Part shown: positions 13,282 through 23,057 of the stretch, piece by piece
Layout of the letters: each line of letters begins with the position of its first letter
Position numbering within the stretch: the stretch's first letter is position 1
NCBI GenBank assembly: GCA_039028615.1
Contig: JBCCHT010000021.1
Location: forward strand, 64,001 to 128,000
DNA: 64,000 nt
Source of the DNA: Myxococcota bacterium
Lineage (GTDB): Bacteria; Myxococcota_A; Polyangia; Nannocystales; Nannocystaceae
Reading direction: 5' to 3'
Made by a program: the position numbers and the translations under genes
Notes under the pieces: generated by a model
The model's input: the letters and a program-made list of their open reading frames with translations, nothing else
Databases searched by the model: none
Told to the model about the DNA's origin: nothing

Positions 13282-14295
13282 ATGGGACCCGGAACGAGTA
13301 TCGCCCTGGCATCGCTGTCCATCGCCCTGTGCGGCTGGAGTATTGGTCGGGCGCGCCGACGAACGCACCCCGTCTCGGGCGGGCCAGACGACACTCGCCG
13401 GGTCCCGTATGAGCAGCCCTACGAGCTGTATAGCAACAGCTTCTCTCACTGCTCTCGGAAGGTCAGGCTCGCGCTCGCGGAGCTCGGCATCGACTACGCT
13501 CATCGCCAGATCGACCTGATCGAGACGGGCTGGTATCAGACGATCAGCCCGGCCTATCTGAAGGTCAATCCCGCCGGACTCGTACCGACACTGGTGCACG
13601 AAGGGCGCCCCGTATACGAGTCCGACGACATCCTCCGCTACGCACATGCGGTCGCGCCCGAGGGGGCGCCGTCCCTCGTCCCCTCTGAGCCGGATCGCCG
13701 GGCGCAGATGGAGCGCTGGATCTCTTTCTGCTCGATTTCCAGCGTCGATGGTTTCGCCGGAATGGAGCGCAGCGCCGGCCCTTGCATTCCAGGGCTCACC
13801 TTCCCGATGTTCGCGGCGGCGATTCACTACGTCCCGCTGCGGAACATCCTCCCCGGGTTCTTGTATCACCCGGACAAGCGCCGCCCGGCACTGTTCCTCC
13901 TGTGCAAACTCCTGGGCTTGGATCGGGTGATCCGGCTCCGGCCCATCCAGGAGCGCGTGCGCTCGTCGGCCATGTCCATGGCTCGCCATCTGCGTCGTCT
14001 CGACCGTGCGTTGATCCAAAGCGGTGGCCCTTGGATCCTGGGTGACGACTACACGCTCGCCGACACGACGATCAGCTGCCTGCTGCTGCGCCTCGATGAG
14101 ACGGGGTGGCTGGAGCAGTTCTATGCGGCGCACGGGCTCGCTGCGCTGCGTGAATACTATGCGCGGCTACGGGCGCGGCCCTCGTGGACGCAGGCGATCA
14201 CCACCATGTCACACCCCGTGGTCGAGGCCGCCTCAGCGGACCTCGCCGCGGCCCGTACCCGTCGAGACCGTCGTCGCTCGATCTACGGCAGCTGA
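13282..14295 (+). CDS. glutathione S-transferase family protein with N-terminal hydrophobic anchor
   Basis: LYSNSFSHCSRKVRLALAELGI, YLKVNPAGLVPTLVH..YESDDILRY, WILGDDYTLAD; start moved to ATG 13282 after GGAGA. Confidence 0.9.
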   Translation: MGPGTSIALASLSIALCGWSIGRARRRTHPVSGGPDDTRRVPYEQPYELYSNSFSHCSRKVRLALAELGIDYAHRQIDLIETGWYQTISPAYLKVNPAGLVPTLVHEGRPVYESDDILRYAHAVAPEGAPSLVPSEPDRRAQMERWISFCSISSVDGFAGMERSAGPCIPGLTFPMFAAAIHYVPLRNILPGFLYHPDKRRPALFLLCKLLGLDRVIRLRPIQERVRSSAMSMARHLRRLDRALIQSGGPWILGDDYTLADTTISCLLLRLDETGWLEQFYAAHGLAALREYYARLRARPSWTQAITTMSHPVVEAASADLAAARTRRDRRRSIYGS

Positions 14296-14296
14296 C

Positions 14297-15643
14297 ATGC
14301 AGGAGCCGAAACCCCAGGAGCGGGTCGAAGACATCGCGATCGCCGAGTACCTCGTGGGTGAGCTCGAGCGTGGGCCATTGCCTCCCCTGCGCTTCGCGCT
14401 GCGCCTCACGCTGCGCATGGTCGAGCTTGCGGTCTTGGTGGGGCCGAGCGTCGGGCTATGGCTGGTCTACGGTCTCGGCACGCTCGCGTGGGGACGTGCG
14501 CCCAATGTCGTACGCCTGTCACAGGTCACTCGGTACCTGCGCTACACCTGGACACTTCGTTCGCCCGAGGTGGAGCTACCCCTGCATCATCGGGTGTGGC
14601 TGAGCACTGCGTTCCTTCGCAAGTTCGAGTTCGCGCCCGTGCAAGGGCTGGCGTGGATCCTCGACGAAGCGCTCTACGGTCGCATGCTCGATGCAGTCGA
14701 GGTCAGGTCGCCACTGATCGAACTGAGCGCGACGCGGAGTGGAAGTACCCAGCTGGCGCGCTACCTGGAGCACGATCCGCGGCTCTTGTCGCCGAGCGTG
14801 CTGCAGCTCTTCGCGCCGTACCTGTGGCTATGGCGGCTCGCGGCTCGCTTTGCGCCCTTGGTCTCGCTCGAGGCCATCGATGCCCGGCTCGAGGCGACCA
14901 TGCCCCCCGAGTTCCTCGAGCGCCACGAGGCCGACGCCTTTCGTACCGACACCTTCGAGGTCGCGCTGTCCACCGGATGCCTCAACTTGTGGAGCCTCTT
15001 TCTCGGGCCTCGCGTTGCCCAGCGGGAGTTCAACTTCGGCGAGGCGGCGCCCGAAAACCGCGATCTGTGGGATCGGGACTTCGTGATGCTATTCGACAGG
15101 ATCGCACGCAAGACCCTGCTGCGGCACGGCGCGAGCGAGGACCAGCGCATCTTCATCAAGGGCCATTTCCTCGCAGCCGCCGACCTGCTGGAGCGCCGCT
15201 ACCCGGACGCACGCTTCGTGACCATGGTTCGCCACCCGAGCAAGCGCCTGCAAAGTGCCGTCAACTACCTGCGTGTGCACCCCGTCGATGCGGTGCTCGG
15301 ACCGCCGCCGTGGCGCACTGTGGGGCGTATGCTGGTACCCGTGGACGCGCGCTATTGCGAACTCGAGCAAGCGTGGTACGGGCGCCGCGGCGGCGCCCGT
15401 CGTTGCGTGCTGCGCTTTGACGACTACTGCACGAACCTCGAGGGGACCATGGCCAAGGTCTACCGCGAGTGTCTCGACATCGATGCACTACCCTCCTTCG
15501 TGCCTCGCGAACACGAGCCCCGTAAGCGGAAGGACTACCTGGTCAATCGCAGCCTCGAGGATGTCGGCGTCGACCGCCATCGCCTCGAGGCGCGCCTCTC
15601 CGACTACATCGAATGGTGCGCTCCGCGGCACGAGCGCGCGTAG
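14297..15643 (+). CDS. sulfotransferase family protein
   Basis: 5'-PSB motif SATRSGSTQLARYL and 3'-PB motif FVTMVRHP..RLQS; starts 1 nt after the GST stop. Confidence 0.88.
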   Translation: MQEPKPQERVEDIAIAEYLVGELERGPLPPLRFALRLTLRMVELAVLVGPSVGLWLVYGLGTLAWGRAPNVVRLSQVTRYLRYTWTLRSPEVELPLHHRVWLSTAFLRKFEFAPVQGLAWILDEALYGRMLDAVEVRSPLIELSATRSGSTQLARYLEHDPRLLSPSVLQLFAPYLWLWRLAARFAPLVSLEAIDARLEATMPPEFLERHEADAFRTDTFEVALSTGCLNLWSLFLGPRVAQREFNFGEAAPENRDLWDRDFVMLFDRIARKTLLRHGASEDQRIFIKGHFLAAADLLERRYPDARFVTMVRHPSKRLQSAVNYLRVHPVDAVLGPPPWRTVGRMLVPVDARYCELEQAWYGRRGGARRCVLRFDDYCTNLEGTMAKVYRECLDIDALPSFVPREHEPRKRKDYLVNRSLEDVGVDRHRLEARLSDYIEWCAPRHERA

Positions 15644-15727
15644 CCATCGAGCCCCGCGGTCGACCGGCATCGTCGGCGGCGGCGGTGGGAGGCCGTCGAT
15701 CGCAGTTGGGTCGCAGACTGCTCGCGG

Positions 15728-17272
15728 ATGTCGTCTGCTACGATGACTCGTTTCATGCGTCTTCGTGCCGCTCTAGCCGTCCTCGGCGTCGTGTCCTGTG
15801 GACCGAGCGTCACCCCAGCGGGGAGCGCGGGGTCGTCGTCGGGGACGGGCGGGACCACGGCGAGCGGGGCCGACTCGACCGGCGTCGACGATCCCTTCGG
15901 GCTGGAGCTCTTCGGCAGCGGCAGCCGACTTCTGGTCCGAATACTCGAAGCCCCGGGCGGCGCGCGGCAGTTCGTCTCGTTCCACGATCAGGAACTCGGA
16001 GTCGACTGCCAGTTCTTCGACACGCCCGATGCCGGGCTCCGGTGCCTGCCCGCCGTGGTGGCGTTGGGGGTCGTGAACGCCGAAGAGACCCTCACGTTCG
16101 CCGACGGGGAGTGCACGACCCCGGGGCTACTCCTGCCCGGAAACTACCCCCAGTTCGAGGTCTGGTCGCTGAACGAGGGCGACTTCGTGACGACCGCCTT
16201 CGGCTCCCGGCGATGTGCGGGACTGCCGGTTCGGGCTACCGCCCACCGACTCGCTCGAGAGGTCTCGTCGCTCTACGAAGGCGACGACTGCGAGCTCGCC
16301 TCGGATTCGAAAGTGGGGGACCGGGTCTTCGCACTGGAGGAGGCCGACCTGGGGGTGTTCGTGGCCGGGCAGCTGGTCGATGCAGACGGAATCCGTCGCC
16401 TGGTCGCGGACGATGGAACCTGGCGAAACCTGTACATGCGGGACGACGACGGGGAGCCGTGCAAGCCCTTCTTCTCGGAGGACAACCCAAGGTGCGCGCC
16501 CTTGGACATGGCGTTTGCCGGCATTCCGCCCGTTCTTTGCTACGAGGGTTCCTCCGGCAGCTGCGATGGAGCGCGGGTGGCCAGCGTCGTCCATCGACTG
16601 GACTACTGCGAGGGCGATGTGTTGCACGCGTATTCGTTCAATGAGAGCGCGACGAGCATCCAAGTGCATCCGGTGCTCGGTCCCTCGGAGGTCGCCGAGT
16701 GTACGACCCGCACGGGATGCGTCCCGAGCGAGGAAACCACCACCCTCTACGACGAGGTCGTTCGGGTCGGGGAGCCGCTGCCCGAGTCGACGTTTCCCGC
16801 CTTGGAGCGCTTTGACGCCGGAGGCGGTCCCCTCGTGACTCACCTGCTTCGACGCCAGCCCAACGACGTGCCCGCGCCGGTTGGGCCCTTTGCCAACAGC
16901 CCTCGATTCTTCGATCCGCGATTCGCAGCCGAGTGTTATGTCGAAGACGTGGGCACCGAGCAGTGGTGCCTCGTCAACGGCACCCGTTCGGTCGAAAACT
17001 GGCGACATTTTTCCGACCCTGCCTGCACCGAGCCGATGGTCGAGGCCTTCGACTTCAGCGTCACCGTATTGCTCTTCGGCGCGGCTGCGGTCGAGGGCGC
17101 CGGCTCGGACGGTTTTTCCTACTGGATGGCGGAGCTCATCGAGACGACCACCCCTTATGTGCTCGCGGGCGGCGAGTGCCAGCTCGAGGAGCGCCCCAGC
17201 GGGCGCCCCTTCGTTCGCCCCGTCGACGAGGTCCCGGCCGACTCGGTGCGCCTGACCGAGCTGCTCGAGTGA
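15728..17272 (+). CDS. Cys-rich myxobacterial lipoprotein with internal repeats
   Basis: LGVVSC lipobox; repeated FxD...C...RC(L/A)P...FxDxxCT units. Confidence 0.75.
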   Translation: MSSATMTRFMRLRAALAVLGVVSCGPSVTPAGSAGSSSGTGGTTASGADSTGVDDPFGLELFGSGSRLLVRILEAPGGARQFVSFHDQELGVDCQFFDTPDAGLRCLPAVVALGVVNAEETLTFADGECTTPGLLLPGNYPQFEVWSLNEGDFVTTAFGSRRCAGLPVRATAHRLAREVSSLYEGDDCELASDSKVGDRVFALEEADLGVFVAGQLVDADGIRRLVADDGTWRNLYMRDDDGEPCKPFFSEDNPRCAPLDMAFAGIPPVLCYEGSSGSCDGARVASVVHRLDYCEGDVLHAYSFNESATSIQVHPVLGPSEVAECTTRTGCVPSEETTTLYDEVVRVGEPLPESTFPALERFDAGGGPLVTHLLRRQPNDVPAPVGPFANSPRFFDPRFAAECYVEDVGTEQWCLVNGTRSVENWRHFSDPACTEPMVEAFDFSVTVLLFGAAAVEGAGSDGFSYWMAELIETTTPYVLAGGECQLEERPSGRPFVRPVDEVPADSVRLTELLE

Positions 17273-17328
17273 GCGCGAGACCGTGGGGGGCAGACCGGTA
17301 TGGCCATCGAGATCGAGGAGGGGGCGCA

Positions 17329-17841
17329 GTGACGAAGCCAAAGCTCGTCGCGGTCGTGATCGCCGTCCTCGCGGGCGTGGGCACTACCGTCTACGCGGTG
17401 TCGAGCTCGACCGGGTCGTCGGACGCCGTCTCGATCCTCGAGGATGCAACCGGGGTGACGCCGGCGTTCGCGAAGGCACTGGACGAACAATGGCTTCTGG
17501 GCGCTCGCGAGCTGTCCCTCTCGGAGCGGCGGGCGGTACTCGTCACGCAGCACGATGGCGTTGCTCGGCGCTACTCGATCTCCCCCGACGGGACGCTCGT
17601 GGATCGCGGTGAGACCAGCCCGGTCGCGGCCGAACCCTTCGACCTGCGAACGGTCGACCTCAGCCTCGTGCCCGGGCTCATCACCAAGACGCGAGCGATC
17701 TCCGGGCCGAAGACCATCGGCAGAGTCGTCGTCGGCCGAAACGAGGATGGTCCGTTGCTGTGGAGGGTCGAGCACCCCAAGGCCCGGGATGTCTACTTCC
17801 GGGCCGACGGAACCCACGTTCCCGATCCCGACGTTCTGTGA
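17329..17841 (+). CDS. hypothetical exported/membrane-anchored protein
   Basis: GTG after GAGGAGG; KPKLVAVVIAVLAGVG signal/TM segment; coding-like composition. Confidence 0.7.
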   Translation: MTKPKLVAVVIAVLAGVGTTVYAVSSSTGSSDAVSILEDATGVTPAFAKALDEQWLLGARELSLSERRAVLVTQHDGVARRYSISPDGTLVDRGETSPVAAEPFDLRTVDLSLVPGLITKTRAISGPKTIGRVVVGRNEDGPLLWRVEHPKARDVYFRADGTHVPDPDVL

Positions 17842-17899
17842 TGCAGGAGTCTACGCGGTCCTCGAGGGGATCGCGCATGTCGACACCTGCACCCAGAAG

Positions 17900-19525
17900 C
17901 TAGGGCGCGACCACGGCGTCCCGCCACGCGGCGGTCGACCAGCTGTGCACCGTGCCGTGGACCTCGACCTCGAAGCGATCGCCGGGCACTCCCTCGGGAA
18001 GCTGCACCGTCAACACTTCGACGGGGCGTGGCTCTTTCACCTCGTCGGGCCCCGGGTCGCGATGTGCCCACGACACCTGGACGGGGTGCTCGGCCACGAC
18101 CTCGTCGCCATCGAAGAATCGTGCCGTCTGGTGGGTGCTCGTCAGGTCGTCTGCGATGGTACTGGCGCCTCGGGTTGCGCCCCAGGCGACCGTGCCGTCC
18201 TCGCGGACGGCCCCGCGCAGCGTGAGGCCGGGCAAGGGAGCGTTCGCTCCCTGGTCGTCCGCCCAGCCCGAGGTGAGCCACACGATTTCGGCCATGCCGA
18301 GATAGGTGTGGTCGGAGACCCAGTACGGGTACGCGTAGCTCATGAAGTCGTTCCAGCTCGAGGTCGTGCACCCGGCGTCGCTCGGCGGGATGAGCTGCTG
18401 CATCTCGACCGAGGCACTCCCCCAGCTGTCGGAGGGCATCTGGCCCGGCATCAGGCCGAAGCCGACCTCCGGTCGCACGCCGCACGGATCGTAGGGCCAG
18501 TCGAACGCGCCGAAGGTGTGGTCGCGACCGTGCACGTGACCGAGTTCGTGGGCGAATAGCCCGACGGTGGGGAAGTTGCCCCGCCAGTCGCACAGGCCGA
18601 ACACTCGCGGTGCGTCCATCGCCTCGGCCCAGCCACCCGCGCCGTACTGCGCAATGCCGCCGCAGCCACCGAGCACGAGGCCACCGTAGTAGCGCCACGG
18701 CGGCGCGCCCTCGGCGAGCCGCAGGTTGGGCATCGTGGTGTAGGCGGCTTCGACCTCGTCGCAGCCGCCCGACACGGGCTCGTGGAAGGTGAGCTGGAGC
18801 TCGTTGATCGGGTACGTGTTGTAGAGGTAGGCGGTGAAGATGTCCTGCTCCCAGGGGGCGAGAGCCGGGCGCCCACATGTCGGGACGATCACCAAGTCGA
18901 GCAGCATTCGTCGGGTCACCCCCTTCATGGCCTCCTGGCCCTGCTCGGGGAGCCGAGCCTGCGGGGCCGGGCCGCGATCGACGTCGTCCACCTCGATGAG
19001 CTCGATGTGGTAGCTGAAGTCGCCCGTGAAGTCCTCGCCCTGGACATCCCAGAAGAACCCGCCCGGGAACGTGTTGGGGTTGGACTCGCGGTCGATCATG
19101 CGAGTGTCGGTGAACGCTCGTACCGTGCCGTCGGCGTAGTTGACGACGAGGCGGGCCTCGATCTCGCGGGGCTCGAAGTCGGCGTCCAGCTCCCAGAAGC
19201 CGCGGATGAGCGCGGGTCGACGCCCGATGACGGGGGCATTGCGGTCGGGCTCGGGCACGAACTCGCGGTCGCGAACGAGGTGGATCTCCACGCCCTGGTT
19301 GACCGACACGTCCTTGATGTAGATGCCCGCCGCGGGCACCGCCCCGTCGAAGGGATCGTCGGTGGTGGTGGCGACCGGGTCCTCGGTGTCGTCGGCCCCT
19401 TCGTCCGGGTCGATGCCCGTCGCGGAGCCGATGCCGCTCGTCGCTCCGTCGATCGGAGCCCCTCCTACATCGTCGCCACAACCGAGGAGCAGACACAGAC
19501 AGGCGAGCGGGCTGAGGCGGGTCAC
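17900..19525 (-). CDS. lipoprotein zinc metallopeptidase (metzincin, M66-like architecture)
   Basis: LLLGC lipobox; VSVNQGV..VIGRRPALIR N-domain; AHELGHVHGRDH (HExxHxxGxxH); DFMSY Met-turn. Confidence 0.85.
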   Translation of the reverse strand: MTRLSPLACLCLLLGCGDDVGGAPIDGATSGIGSATGIDPDEGADDTEDPVATTTDDPFDGAVPAAGIYIKDVSVNQGVEIHLVRDREFVPEPDRNAPVIGRRPALIRGFWELDADFEPREIEARLVVNYADGTVRAFTDTRMIDRESNPNTFPGGFFWDVQGEDFTGDFSYHIELIEVDDVDRGPAPQARLPEQGQEAMKGVTRRMLLDLVIVPTCGRPALAPWEQDIFTAYLYNTYPINELQLTFHEPVSGGCDEVEAAYTTMPNLRLAEGAPPWRYYGGLVLGGCGGIAQYGAGGWAEAMDAPRVFGLCDWRGNFPTVGLFAHELGHVHGRDHTFGAFDWPYDPCGVRPEVGFGLMPGQMPSDSWGSASVEMQQLIPPSDAGCTTSSWNDFMSYAYPYWVSDHTYLGMAEIVWLTSGWADDQGANAPLPGLTLRGAVREDGTVAWGATRGASTIADDLTSTHQTARFFDGDEVVAEHPVQVSWAHRDPGPDEVKEPRPVEVLTVQLPEGVPGDRFEVEVHGTVHSWSTAAWRDAVVAP

Positions 19526-19530
19526 GAGTT

Positions 19531-19560
19531 ACAAGAGGGACCCGCCGGCCAATCGATCAC
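19531..19560 (-). promoter_or_regulatory. putative cognate ECF promoter GTGATCGAT-N12-CCCTCTTGT, copy 1
   Basis: Both 9-nt boxes and the spacer length are identical to the copy at 22997-23026; 5 nt upstream of GTG 19525. Confidence 0.7.
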
Positions 19561-19632
19561 TGCACGGCGCAGATTCGGTGAGATTTCCCGTGGGATGTAT
19601 GCAATCGTCCTCGGCGAGGGACGGAGGCTGCC

Positions 19633-22359
19633 GTGAGTGACGTGATCACACTGCTGATCGACGCGCGACAGCCGCAAGACGACATCGAAGCCGATCGCCT
19701 GCGGTCCGCGGTGATGGAGGGTCTGCAGGTCGAGGCGGTCCCCACCAAGATCGATCGCTTCGTCATCCTCGAGCGCGTGGGCATGGGCGGCAACAGCGTC
19801 GTCTACGCCGCCTACGATCCCAAGCTCGACCGTCGCGTCGCGCTCAAGCTCGTTCGTCAGGACGGCTGGCTCGGGGCCGATCGCGAGCAAGCCCGATCTC
19901 GATGGCTGCGCGAGGCGCAGACGATGGCTCGCATGTCGCACCCCAACGTGCTGGCTGTCCACGACGTGGCCGTACGTTTCGACGAAATCTACATCGTGCT
20001 GGATCTCGTCGACGGGGTGGAGCTCGGCCGCTGGCTCGAGCGACACGAGCCTTCGTGGCGCGAGGTGCTGAAGATCTTCATCGAGGCGGGCAAAGGCCTG
20101 GCGGTGGCCCATGCCGCGGGGGTGGTGCACCGCGACTTCAAGCCTGCGAATGTGTTGGTCACCTCGGGGGCGGAACCGGGGACCTTCGATCGGGTTCAGG
20201 TGATGGACTTCGGGCTCGCGACGCCGCCCGGTCGAGCGGAATCCAGCGGAGGCCGAAAGGGCAGCGGCCCCAGCGGGGACGAGCCGCCGCTCAGCGACAG
20301 CGGTGGGGATCAGATCACGCGTACGGGCATGGTGATGGGGACGCCCGCCTATATGGCGCCCGAGCAGCATCGCGGCGAAGTGGTCGACGCCAAGGCGGAT
20401 CAGTTCGCGTTCTGTGTCGCGCTGTACGAAGCGCTCTACGGCCTGCGGCCGTTCAAGTGGAAGGACCTCGAGCAATTCGAGGAGCGGGTGAAGCAAGGGC
20501 GCATGCGCATGCCCAAGAAGGACCCGCATGTGCCCGCCCGCGTGCGCCGGATCTTGGCGCGCGGCCTGGCCTTCGACCCCGACGCCCGTTGGCCCTCGAT
20601 GGACGAGCTGCTCGACGCTCTCGGTCGGGACCCACGGCGCACCATGGTGCGGGTGGCGATCGGCCTGGGCATGGTCGGTCTCGTGGCGACGAGCGCGGGG
20701 CTGGTGGTTGCGGACCGCCGTCGCGACGCGGCGGCCTGCGACCCCGAGCGGCGACTGGCGCAGGTGTGGACGGATCGGCGAGAGGGCATCTCGCAGACCT
20801 TCGAGGCGACGCAGCTGTCCTATGCGAGCGATACGTGGCGGCAGGTCGACAGCCTCGTGGACAGCTACACTTCGACCTGGGCCGATGGCTACGGCAACGC
20901 GTGTCGCCGCGTGCGGGCCGGGGACGACGAGCTCGAGCTCGCCCATCTCGAGCTCGCGTGTCTCGAGCAGCGCCTGTGGGAGGTCGACGGCTTGATCCAA
21001 GTGCTCGGCGAGGCGGACCGAGACGTGGTCGAGAATGCGGTGGGGGCGGTGAGTGCATTGACCCCGCTGTCGGTGTGCTCCCCGGATCGCTTGCGTCGTC
21101 AGGTGACGCTGGCGCCCGAAGCCTCGCCGGCCGAGGTCGCCTCGCTGCGGGCCGAGCTGGCGCGAGCAACCGGGCTCGAGCACGCGGGGCGCTACGCGGA
21201 CGCCGAGCGGCTCGCGGCACGCATCGTCGACGACGCGGTGCAGCTCGAGCACCCGCCGCTGCGCGCCAGTGCGCTGCTGCGCCTGGGCTCGATTCGGGCG
21301 CTGGCCGGCAAGTACGAGGAGGCGCAGCGAGATCTCTCCGATGCGATCTGGCTTGCCGAGGAGCACCGACTGGAGCGGACGGCTGCGCAAGCGACTACGC
21401 TCCAGGTCCTCGTGGTGGGCGGACGTCTGCGGCGCGGGGACCCGGGACGGGCGTGGGCCCGTCATGCTCACGCCGCGATCGCACGCCTGGGGGACGCGGA
21501 CCTGCTGCAGGCCGAGCTACTCTCCAACCTGGGAGTCATGGATCGTCTGGACGGCGACTACGGCGAAGCTCGGCACAAGCACGCGGAGGCGCTGGCGATT
21601 CGTGAGCGGGTGCTGGGGCCCGACCACCCCACGGTGGCGACGTCGGTCAAGGAACTCGGCAACGCGTACTACGAGTGGCACGACTTCGAGGCCGCGCTCG
21701 AGCAATACGAGCGGGCACTGGCGTTGCGCGAGCGAGCGCTGGGCCCCGAGCACCCCGCGGTGGCGGTCATTCACAACAACATCGGCAACGCGCTCAATGA
21801 CCTCGATCGCCAGGACGAGGCCCGGCGTCACCTCGAGCGTGCGCTCGAGGTGTGGGAGGCCAGTTTGCTGCCGGGGCATCCCAACATCGCGATGGGCCAC
21901 CACAACCTCGCGAACGTGTTGACCGAGGCGGAGCGCTACGGCGAGGCGCGCGAGCACTACGAGCGCGCCATCGCGTTGGTCGACGCCGCGCTGGGGCCTG
22001 ACCACCTGCAGCTGGCGCGGTACCTCAGCAACTACGGTCGGATGCTGATGACCGCGGGCGAGCCGTTGTTGGCTCGCGAGGCGCTCGAGCGCTCGCTCGA
22101 GCTGCGGGTGGCTAGCGGCAACGCCGACCACCCGGATGTCGCGACCGTGCGCCTAGCCCTGGGGCGATGGCATGCGGCGCGCGGGGACCCCGAGGTCTCG
22201 CTCGCGCACCTGCGAGCCGCACTGAAGCTGCGGCGGGAGCTGTTCGGCCCCGATCACGAACTCACCGTGCAGGCCGCTCGCGTGCTCGAGGACGAGGGCG
22301 TCGTGAAGGGTGACGCCGCGACCGAGACCGCCGCCCCGTCGCCACCGGAGGCACCGTGA
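19633..22359 (+). CDS. membrane Ser/Thr protein kinase with TPR repeats
   Basis: VALK, HRDFKPANV, DFGLA, GTPAYMAPE; TM segment; LGPDHPTVA-type TPRs. Confidence 0.95.
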   Translation: MSDVITLLIDARQPQDDIEADRLRSAVMEGLQVEAVPTKIDRFVILERVGMGGNSVVYAAYDPKLDRRVALKLVRQDGWLGADREQARSRWLREAQTMARMSHPNVLAVHDVAVRFDEIYIVLDLVDGVELGRWLERHEPSWREVLKIFIEAGKGLAVAHAAGVVHRDFKPANVLVTSGAEPGTFDRVQVMDFGLATPPGRAESSGGRKGSGPSGDEPPLSDSGGDQITRTGMVMGTPAYMAPEQHRGEVVDAKADQFAFCVALYEALYGLRPFKWKDLEQFEERVKQGRMRMPKKDPHVPARVRRILARGLAFDPDARWPSMDELLDALGRDPRRTMVRVAIGLGMVGLVATSAGLVVADRRRDAAACDPERRLAQVWTDRREGISQTFEATQLSYASDTWRQVDSLVDSYTSTWADGYGNACRRVRAGDDELELAHLELACLEQRLWEVDGLIQVLGEADRDVVENAVGAVSALTPLSVCSPDRLRRQVTLAPEASPAEVASLRAELARATGLEHAGRYADAERLAARIVDDAVQLEHPPLRASALLRLGSIRALAGKYEEAQRDLSDAIWLAEEHRLERTAAQATTLQVLVVGGRLRRGDPGRAWARHAHAAIARLGDADLLQAELLSNLGVMDRLDGDYGEARHKHAEALAIRERVLGPDHPTVATSVKELGNAYYEWHDFEAALEQYERALALRERALGPEHPAVAVIHNNIGNALNDLDRQDEARRHLERALEVWEASLLPGHPNIAMGHHNLANVLTEAERYGEAREHYERAIALVDAALGPDHLQLARYLSNYGRMLMTAGEPLLAREALERSLELRVASGNADHPDVATVRLALGRWHAARGDPEVSLAHLRAALKLRRELFGPDHELTVQAARVLEDEGVVKGDAATETAAPSPPEAP

Positions 22360-22997
22360 GCCGCCCGTCCGACGCCGACTTGCTCGATCGCTGGGCCGAC
22401 GGAGACACGTCGGCCGCCCGCATCTTGCTCGATCGCTACTTCGACGGCCTGGCACGGTTCTTTCGCAGCAAGATTTCGACCGGCGTGGAGGACCTCATTC
22501 AGCAGACGCTCATGACCTGCGTGCGTCGTCGCGATGCCCTACGCGAGCGCGCCAGCTTCCGCGCCTACCTCTACACGGTGGCGCGCCGCCTCGTGCACGA
22601 GCACTGCACCAAGCTCCAGCGCGACCGCACGCGCTTCGATCCTCTGCACTCGTCGATCGTCGATCTCGAGCGGTCGCCGAGTCAGATCGCGGCGCAGAAG
22701 CAAGAGCAACGGCTGCTGCTCACCGCGCTGCGGCAGATCCCGGTCGACCTCCAGATCGCGCTCGAGCTGCGGTTTTGGGAGCAGCTGTCAGGCCCCGAAC
22801 TGGCGGAGGTGCTCGGGATCCCCGAGGGGACGGTGCGCAGCCGGATTCGCCGTGGCACCGAGTTGCTGCGCAAGCGCCTCGAGCTGCTCGGAGCCGCCGA
22901 CCTGGACATGGAGTCGAGCCAGGCCGACTTCGAGGGCTGGGCCCGCGAGCTGCGCGAGCGGACCGACACCCCCGGGACCGAAACTCGAGAAAAGTAG
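22356..22997 (+). CDS. ECF RNA polymerase sigma factor
   Basis: EDLIQQTL..SFRAYLYTVARR (region 2); ELAEVLGIPEGTVRSRIRRG (region 4); 4-bp overlap with the kinase. Confidence 0.95.
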   Translation: MSRPSDADLLDRWADGDTSAARILLDRYFDGLARFFRSKISTGVEDLIQQTLMTCVRRRDALRERASFRAYLYTVARRLVHEHCTKLQRDRTRFDPLHSSIVDLERSPSQIAAQKQEQRLLLTALRQIPVDLQIALELRFWEQLSGPELAEVLGIPEGTVRSRIRRGTELLRKRLELLGAADLDMESSQADFEGWARELRERTDTPGTETREK

Positions 22998-23026
22998 TGA
23001 TCGATCCCGCGGGTCGTCCCTCTTGT
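22997..23026 (+). promoter_or_regulatory. putative cognate ECF promoter GTGATCGAT-N12-CCCTCTTGT, copy 2
   Basis: Begins at the sigma stop codon and faces the lipoprotein gene at 23058. Confidence 0.7.
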
Positions 23027-23057
23027 CTGGGGAGAACCGATGGGAGAACCGATTCGG

